IMG/VR virus record: IMGVR_UViG_3300034101_004323
Location: 1-64,000 of that record
Origin: a virus
Direction: 5' to 3' (one strand)
DNA length: 64,000 bases
Shown: piece by piece, positions 58,001 to 64,000 of the stretch
Position numbering within the stretch: position 1 is the stretch's first letter
Layout: every line of letters begins with the position of its first letter
The notes under the pieces: generated by a model
Databases searched by the model: none
The model's input: the letters and a program-made list of their open reading frames with translations, nothing else
What the model was told of the DNA's origin: nothing
Translations under genes and position numbers: made by a program

Positions 58001-60920
58001 CACCATTATTTAACCAATTGATAAATCTTAATGAGCTCAGATAATTAATATAAACTACTGGTAAATTCAACATACCATCTTTAGCAGAGTATGCGAATGG
58101 AGTTATAGAACCATCGCCAGTTCTTAGAATACCACCATAAATTGTACCAGACATTCTTGGGTCATATAAACCATTAGCCGATATTCCCGTTGCAACAGCA
58201 TTTAGGAAAGAAATATATTGTTTATTTGTTATTTCTTTTTCAGAAATAGAGAATGGATATGGGACCGATCCTAAATTAGTTTTATTTATTGGGTTTGGTT
58301 CTGCTTTTATAGTAAATCTATTAGTATAAGATTCTGTATATAAAGCAGATTCGTCAGATGGATTATATATATCCTCTACGCTAGTGAATTTAAACTGCAT
58401 ACTATCATTAATAGAATTATTGCTAAATCCTGCTTTGGAACAAATTCTAAAACCAACATCATCAAAACCAGATAATCTTGGTGTTGGAACATAACTTCTT
58501 AATCCGTTGGGATCCAAAGTTCTCCATGAACCACCGCAAACATATTGCATTGAATTAGCAGAAGATATCTTTTGATCATCTTCAGTCCATTCATAAACAT
58601 TACCGTTTTGATCATATGTTCCATAAAAGCTTTTTCTACCATTTGTACCAACAACACTCAACATTCCTGACCAATAAGAAGAACCCTGAGTATATGCTGC
58701 TTCTTGAAAATTTACAGTATTATTAGATCCTCCTGCTCCGTTACCATTAATAGAAATTTTAACTGGAATAGGATCAATAGCCAATCCATCAGAATTTTCA
58801 AGTTGTGTTGCATACTGGAAATATTTACCTGATGGTTTGGTGTTAAGAGTAGCTTGGGCAAAAACATTAATAGCTGGAATATCGCCCACACCATAAACTA
58901 AAAAGTCTATATTCTTTTTTGTTGTATTAAAAATTGTTGGAACATTGGGTCTGGTGCTTAATTGAATAGCTGTTGCATCAGAAGCAACATTTGAAGTATA
59001 TAATTCATTTCTTAATATTCCTCCTCTTGTAATAGAGAATATACTAAGATCACCAGACAAATTAACACTGTTTTCTACTACTAGGCCAGTAATTTCATCA
59101 TTTGTAACAAATATATCTTCAATAATATTATAAGAGATAGTATTATCTACAATATTATTTATAGCGATTTGATCTCCAATAGCAAATTCTTCTGTAGATG
59201 CTGGAGTGATTAAATCTATTTCTTTTGTTGTTTTACCAATACATACTTGTCCAGATCTACTAGGATATCTTGTCCAAGATAAATCTTTTCCTCCTAATCT
59301 CACAGTACCTGTTTCATATGGCCAAAAATCTGAAATATTAAATTGAGATACAACGGTTCCTCCGTCTGTTGTGGTCAAAACCTTTCCAGCGCTTTGATTT
59401 CCTAGTCCTGGAATTTTAAATCCAGTAGTTGCTACGACTCTTTGAGAAGCATCTAAACATAATAATTGATCTGTTTGAGTAATATATGGCAATCTTAATG
59501 AGTTTAAAACAGATACTATTCCTGTGGTTGTTATATTTGAAGCTCTAATACCAACACTTCCGTCGTTTCCTGTTGTTGCTATAGAAATATTAGATGATTT
59601 TAATTGTATACTACTATTATCAAAAACTATACTATCACCAGATGATGATACTTCTATTCTACCATTACCATTTGATATTATTGTAGAGTCAGGATGACTA
59701 GTTAATGTTGTTTTAGTAGAATTACCATCTGATACAATTAAACTAATTTGCCCATCATTATTTGCTAATGATTTAGTGTTTGCTTCAATGGAAGCATAAG
59801 TAATTTTAGCCCCGGTACTATTTTTAGCAGAAAAAGAGACTTTGCCTATAACATTATTATCTGCATTGGTTAATGCGTATGGATTCTTATATAAAGCTAT
59901 ATGAGCTGGAAAATCACATGATGATTTATTTTCTAATCTTATATCTTCTTGGCATATATTATTAATAATATGAAAAACTGTTGCTGGTTTTATACCAGAT
60001 GGCATATTTAAACCAAAACGACCATCATGTGTAAAAATTAAATTTCTAGATGGATAATTGGGTAAATTACCACTACCATATACTATAAAGTTTCCTGATT
60101 CTTTAGTTTGATTAAATATTGTATCAAATGTTCCTGATGATGGTAGTATAACTTTAGCAGAGCTCTCTGTTGCTGAACCTAATAAGATTTTATTATTATT
60201 ACCTATATAAGCGTTAGCTCCTGCAAAAGATCCACTATTATTATATTGTAATGATCTATCATCTCCATTAGGATTACTTTGTGCTGAAAAGATGTTCTCG
60301 TTATCATTAAACGATAAAGAGCCGACATTACTATTATTGGTATTTAGTACCACCCAATCCAGCCCTGTTGAAATTATAGAAGCATAATCATCATTAGATA
60401 AAGATAGTAAGGTTTTATTATTATATTTTATTCCTAATGATCCTGATCCTACAATCTTAAAAAATACTTCTAATGCTTTATTTTTTGAAGCATCTATCAA
60501 GTCTGCTTCTATGTATCCTGTAGAGGTATCAACAATATATACCGTTTTAACATTATTAATAGTGAAACTATTATTTTGAAATGAAATATTATTAAAGCCA
60601 GTGTTAAAATTTAATGAATTAACAAATAAATAGAACTGTTTAGAGCCTTTAGAGGAAAAATTCACCATGCTATTCTGGTTCGATGAAGATACTACGCTTC
60701 TATCAGCAACAACAATGGCCGAATCATTTTTTTGTATAATTCCTACTCCAACTTCCCATTCTATGTTAGAATTATCTATTATATTTCGTGCTAAATATGG
60801 TATACTTGATCCAACATGAGTATCATTTAAATTATTATATCCTGGTAAATTATTTAAAATTACAAAATTATTGTTATTATTTATTGTAAAAACACATCCT
60901 ATATTATCGAATATGTGCAT
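55017..60920 (-). CDS. 1967-aa tail fibre/receptor-binding protein with FGE-type C-lectin domain and two C-terminal fibronectin type III domains
   Basis: N-terminal WEVGVG...R.V.SSN...VNF fibre motif; GTYDQNGNVYEW/GGSW/GFR and EITNKQY..FLN/LPSLNEWHKAAY; two P..P..L...W.AP...G...Y...Y.F.V.A.N..G.S repeats. Confidence 0.8.
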   Translation of the reverse strand: MHIFDNIGCVFTINNNNNFVILNNLPGYNNLNDTHVGSSIPYLARNIIDNSNIEWEVGVGIIQKNDSAIVVADRSVVSSSNQNSMVNFSSKGSKQFYLFVNSLNFNTGFNNISFQNNSFTINNVKTVYIVDTSTGYIEADLIDASKNKALEVFFKIVGSGSLGIKYNNKTLLSLSNDDYASIISTGLDWVVLNTNNSNVGSLSFNDNENIFSAQSNPNGDDRSLQYNNSGSFAGANAYIGNNNKILLGSATESSAKVILPSSGTFDTIFNQTKESGNFIVYGSGNLPNYPSRNLIFTHDGRFGLNMPSGIKPATVFHIINNICQEDIRLENKSSCDFPAHIALYKNPYALTNADNNVIGKVSFSAKNSTGAKITYASIEANTKSLANNDGQISLIVSDGNSTKTTLTSHPDSTIISNGNGRIEVSSSGDSIVFDNSSIQLKSSNISIATTGNDGSVGIRASNITTTGIVSVLNSLRLPYITQTDQLLCLDASQRVVATTGFKIPGLGNQSAGKVLTTTDGGTVVSQFNISDFWPYETGTVRLGGKDLSWTRYPSRSGQVCIGKTTKEIDLITPASTEEFAIGDQIAINNIVDNTISYNIIEDIFVTNDEITGLVVENSVNLSGDLSIFSITRGGILRNELYTSNVASDATAIQLSTRPNVPTIFNTTKKNIDFLVYGVGDIPAINVFAQATLNTKPSGKYFQYATQLENSDGLAIDPIPVKISINGNGAGGSNNTVNFQEAAYTQGSSYWSGMLSVVGTNGRKSFYGTYDQNGNVYEWTEDDQKISSANSMQYVCGGSWRTLDPNGLRSYVPTPRLSGFDDVGFRICSKAGFSNNSINDSMQFKFTSVEDIYNPSDESALYTESYTNRFTIKAEPNPINKTNLGSVPYPFSISEKEITNKQYISFLNAVATGISANGLYDPRMSGTIYGGILRTGDGSITPFAYSAKDGMLNLPVVYINYLSSLRFINWLNNGAPTGDMVSSSTTEDGSYNISESAGVISVTRKKDAGYWLPSLNEWHKAAYFMPLPNESISTSGSAVTISRVEPFEYASGLVSTLSVGGNIYADSLSLGSSGNKLLSANISNSNYNIKFGGDDTVVEVDPLSSITGAFGTFISNTGIVFATTGNTVFINKINPLSLVRFTPNRTEFYQDLFIGSGLNGGGIKISSSGGLEYVGADGNVIPGGMFPGPSGGFLFKVDDTNVVSSEHFKSEYMVVSSTDGDGNITSSTGLYPVLNGTPEGSIIHNSDQGYLTASNWFGVGLAPSQASSLGNYVVGIYKPSGETADGQNELPPALYTDRIFVGPLVPGFSGSILTHNGTGPALWQQPDYLSAPGVSWTRYPRRAIEFIGAGVGGTIDRFKFISLDESKGGTGGINLSDIQKEFAYNETIAIYNQNRDVFYVKVANISLVDARDADGAKDFFTNEIDLVVTVCPPIPEDFYGTSQLVLGQGDEDNGRYVGYAFSVQKGGYLEMKIEPDAIEGFTCDGLSANSEYRFKPSTINTISIRPNIYTTFNKIAEDIDFIVYGHRKTLFTRYEPEWFAINENGVPSGLTPAFRVHASIPNSVLGSLESGIFRKTTIIENQIAVRATGIYLDVKPKITINTNTPYAITTLNGVYEGIISYGANAEENLALEKAYGMEISSTGVAISGSLPLSTYADLSVDGYTYSSGLITKELVLNPVWTGSVPVPYEESLNKKLYVPNYPLTINTFGQIVSLIPPPNPQLPGKPTDLIATPKYNAVVLEWQAPEDNGGRDIYAYLVEYYSDIAEDWLPLESEQITTDGLPLVSNPATYRYVSNLFSTTSYRFRVIAINTVGKSEPSDPTPNVTPSSDFPSKPQTFSVTRNQYDALLSWTAPANDGLSARNGYIVYYWLDDGVTPIGQFSWITYNGSVSASATSLVVDNIPENNTYFFKIVATNSYGDSEPSEIRSIGTDGDPRSTVTEDTSTFGTDSFDFSGGPSGLGMMFTGVCY

Positions 60921-60943
60921 ATTTAAAACTCATGATTAAAGGT

Positions 60944-63900
60944 TTATACTTGAAAAGGATTAATTAGTGGAGATCCTGCTATTTGATTTGCTGCTGCTAG
61001 TTCAGCAAACTTTTCTTGTATCACTGACATAGCAATATCTTGTAAATCCGGGGACAGCTTATTCAATGCGGCATCTCCATTAATTATCACATTATGAGTA
61101 TGTGTTACTGTTATAGTTATTTCCTGTGGTATTGCACTTAATCCGGCCAAAGTATCAGCTACGCTCTTAAGTCTGTTGGTAAATTCACCAATCTTATTAA
61201 GAGTATCCGAGTCAATAGAAGATACACCATTTGATGGCGCTGCTGCCGTTTGACCGCTCATTGCTTGGACGGCATTCTGAAAAGCTAATGTAATAGAACT
61301 ACTAATTTGGCCAACTATATTACCCATATAGGAGGACAAATCAAACATTTTATTTCCACCAGTTACACCTCCTGCTGTTTCATAATAATTTGGAGTTATT
61401 ATTCCACCATTAGATAAATAATTAACAATGCCACCTCTTGTATAATATCCGTCATTAATAGCTTTTAGTACTGGTAGATGTTTTTGTGTTGCTTTACGAT
61501 TAATAACAAATTCGCCAGGAGTTAACATGGCAGGAACAGTATCAGTTCCACGAGGTTGATAATTTACAAGAGTTCCATTCTTGGCATATACTGGCACTCG
61601 TCCCCCTGTTGCAAAGTTTTTAACACCAGAAAATACATTTCCAGCCCCTTCTTGATTTTGATCATTCTTTTTTTGTTGTTCTTCTTTTAGATTAGCTGAT
61701 GCTCTTATTAGAGCTTCTACTTGATCAGCATGAAGAGTATCTCGTCCATTTTCTAAGTTTAAGTCTCTTTTATAAGCATGCGCAAAACTATTCCAGTGAA
61801 TTTTTCCATTATCGCTTGATATTGCTTTTAAAGAATCTACAAAATATTTATAACCATAACCCACATTATTCTCATTCCATGGAATGACAGCATTCTTATC
61901 ATCAGACTCTCCGGTTTTTAGTCCTGTATTAAGTAGTGTATCAAAAGCTCTAAAATAAAGCCAAATATCTTTTAATCTAGTTTCTTTTTCTTTTTTGAGA
62001 TCGTCTGGTAAAAGATCCTCTCCGTATTCATTTTTTCCTCTAAAATAAAATTTTCGTAATTTATCAATAAGCTCACTTCTATCTTCAGAATTTGGAAAAA
62101 TTCTTTGAGGATCTAAAGCAACTTCCATTAATCTATTCCAACTATCAGGAAGTGCTTGTTCTGCACTTTCTACTTTACCAGCTCCTTTGGTTCCAAAAGT
62201 ATAAGAATCGCCCTTTAACTTATCGTCTTTGGTTTGTATGAATTTAGTACTAGTTCGTTTTGTCATATTTGACATTATTTGTCTATTTATTATTTTTTGT
62301 AATAAATCTTGACTAACATTCATTCTGTTCCAATATTTAATATAATCTTCACCCAAATCAGTTTTTCCCATTACAGCATTACTTATAATCTTTGTTTTGT
62401 TTCGATCATCTGGATCAGCAACTACCCTTGTTTCAGGGAAGCTCTCATCAGACAAATTTACTCCAAGATCTTGTAAAGTTTGTGTGCTATTTGTATCTTT
62501 CAGATTATATATTTCAGCAAAAACTGCTCTCCAAGCATCTATCCTTTCTCTTTCATAATTTCCAGGAAGTAAAGATGTTGGTATTTTTGATCCTATATTA
62601 GCAGCAGCATTTCCAATATCAGCAACACTTGTCATTTCTTTACCTATTGAGGAACTCACTAGGGGTGGTACATCATCACCAAGTCTTGCTAACCTATAGA
62701 ACTCTCTTGCTAAAGTTACTTTTTTAGCATCATCAATCTTGGCATATTCTCCTATACTAAAATCAGTTTTAGCATATGATAATGCTGTTTCATTCTTGAT
62801 TTTTTCCATATTAGCTTCACGAGCTTTGAAAAATTCATCTAGATTCAAGTCTAATGTTTCGTTAGATATAAAAGATTCACTACCAAATTTTGAATCATAA
62901 ATAGGACTATATGGAATTCCATTACTAGCTGATAGATTCGGAATTTCGCGGTAGTCTGTGCCTCCTCCCAGTATGTAGTGGTCTACATAGTCATCTAAAC
63001 GAGATTCTGGCAAGCCTAATGTATTATCACTTATTCCAAGAAACGGATTAAAAGGTCTCATCTTCTCATCATTTCCTTGCGGTGGAATTATTACATGCGG
63101 TTCCTTTACTCCTAATTCTTCAAAAGATTTTCCAAATCTTTTTTCATTTTCCAAATATAATCTACTCTTAGGATCATATTTGATATAACTAAATTTGACA
63201 CCATTCTTGTCATAGTTTCCTGGTGATCTTATTACTGGTTGTTGCACCATATCTGGTGATGTTACAGCTTCTCTGAAAATCTCATCATAGTCATCCAAAC
63301 TTAAATTAGCATCAGTCCATCTAAAATATTTAACAGTTCCATCTTTATTAATTCCAAGCATATCGGTTTTTTCTTCATCGCTGTACTGAAATTTTTGTTC
63401 TCCATCTTCTGCCTTCTTTGTGTTTAATGCTGCTAATTTAGCTTGATATTCTGTCCATCTGCCACTAATAGCTTCATTATAAGCTGTAATAGGGGCTAAA
63501 GGAGATCCAGCCATTGCTGAAGGTTCTATAACGGGCTTATCTAATTTTATAGATGCTACTGTTCCATTATATAAATTAACTAAATCGCTAACATTCTGTT
63601 TATTTCCTAAAGATTCTTTTGTTTCGCTCTCAAATTTCTCTGAAAGTAAAGCATCTTGATATCGTAATGCTGTCAATCTGATATTTTGGGCTAATTGTAG
63701 CGTTGCTATACTTTCCGTCTGATAATCTTGTATAACATTAGAAAAATTTGCCATTCCGTTTGGTGGCTCATGTTTAATCGTTTGTCCCTCGAAGTCGAAC
63801 CTGCCACCTTCCATACCCTCTTTTCTTATAAAATTTTCTTTACCAGATACAATAGGAAAGTTCTTTTCTCTTCCAAAACCATCAGCTCTAAAACCAATAA

Positions 63901-64000
63901 TATTACCAACAGGACTATTCTTTGCTTTTGCATAAAGATCGTCTCGTTGTTCCTTTCGGATAAAATAATAATAACTATTATCTTTTGAGGCTAATCCTTT
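60944..64000 (-). CDS. Tape-measure-like protein, C-terminal portion (5'-truncated by window edge)
   Basis: Frame stays open from 63814 to 64000. FATGG...GTDTVPAMLTPGEFVINRKAT...LKAIN is typical of phage tape-measure C-termini. Confidence 0.75.
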   Translation of the reverse strand, partial: KGLASKDNSYYYFIRKEQRDDLYAKAKNSPVGNIIGFRADGFGREKNFPIVSGKENFIRKEGMEGGRFDFEGQTIKHEPPNGMANFSNVIQDYQTESIATLQLAQNIRLTALRYQDALLSEKFESETKESLGNKQNVSDLVNLYNGTVASIKLDKPVIEPSAMAGSPLAPITAYNEAISGRWTEYQAKLAALNTKKAEDGEQKFQYSDEEKTDMLGINKDGTVKYFRWTDANLSLDDYDEIFREAVTSPDMVQQPVIRSPGNYDKNGVKFSYIKYDPKSRLYLENEKRFGKSFEELGVKEPHVIIPPQGNDEKMRPFNPFLGISDNTLGLPESRLDDYVDHYILGGGTDYREIPNLSASNGIPYSPIYDSKFGSESFISNETLDLNLDEFFKAREANMEKIKNETALSYAKTDFSIGEYAKIDDAKKVTLAREFYRLARLGDDVPPLVSSSIGKEMTSVADIGNAAANIGSKIPTSLLPGNYERERIDAWRAVFAEIYNLKDTNSTQTLQDLGVNLSDESFPETRVVADPDDRNKTKIISNAVMGKTDLGEDYIKYWNRMNVSQDLLQKIINRQIMSNMTKRTSTKFIQTKDDKLKGDSYTFGTKGAGKVESAEQALPDSWNRLMEVALDPQRIFPNSEDRSELIDKLRKFYFRGKNEYGEDLLPDDLKKEKETRLKDIWLYFRAFDTLLNTGLKTGESDDKNAVIPWNENNVGYGYKYFVDSLKAISSDNGKIHWNSFAHAYKRDLNLENGRDTLHADQVEALIRASANLKEEQQKKNDQNQEGAGNVFSGVKNFATGGRVPVYAKNGTLVNYQPRGTDTVPAMLTPGEFVINRKATQKHLPVLKAINDGYYTRGGIVNYLSNGGIITPNYYETAGGVTGGNKMFDLSSYMGNIVGQISSSITLAFQNAVQAMSGQTAAAPSNGVSSIDSDTLNKIGEFTNRLKSVADTLAGLSAIPQEITITVTHTHNVIINGDAALNKLSPDLQDIAMSVIQEKFAELAAANQIAGSPLINPFQV

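Noticed and set aside
974-63988. Short antisense or nested ORFs in the track (e.g. 3593-4012, 8285-8746, 14110-14439, 17568-17957, 29051-29422, 51484-51798)
   Set aside because: They overlap well-supported genes on the opposite strand or in another frame and show no motifs or SD.
1-64000. tRNA, rRNA, integrase, transposase or reverse transcriptase genes
   Set aside because: None recognised; intergenic gaps are short and lack cloverleaf signatures. A tRNAscan/Infernal run would be needed to exclude them formally.

Overview
This window is a segment of a large, AT-rich dsDNA bacteriophage genome, probably a jumbo-type tailed phage, read in the standard genetic code. The + strand (1-37908) carries, in order: the end of a collagen-like fibre gene; glycosyltransferases; a membrane-protein/papain-peptidase cassette; nucleotide metabolism genes (dCMP deaminase, class I RNR with class Id-like signatures, dUTPase, PhoH, dNMP kinase); a bacterial-style replication and recombination set (RecA, DnaB, DnaG, Cas4/AddB-like nuclease, DnaE, DnaQ, SSB, SSAP); and a cluster of mostly degenerate sugar-enzyme-fold genes. 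The - strand (37909-64000) carries very large virion/tail genes and the 3' part of a tape-measure-like gene. The most unusual locus is the DNA polymerase III alpha gene. Its PHP motif is interrupted by an in-frame TAA inside an exact 9-nt insertion flanked by RNA hairpins, which makes it a candidate programmed ribosomal bypass, readthrough or split-peptide switch. The enzyme is also split, without an intein, into two genes separated by a 59-aa ORF and a DnaQ exonuclease. Other notable items are an AcrB-like docking subdomain inside a virion-module protein, a circularly permuted FGE/C-type-lectin domain in a tail fibre, a probable ATT start codon, and a repeated GGTGTATTAT putative phage promoter. 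All family calls come from motif recognition by eye; no searches were run.
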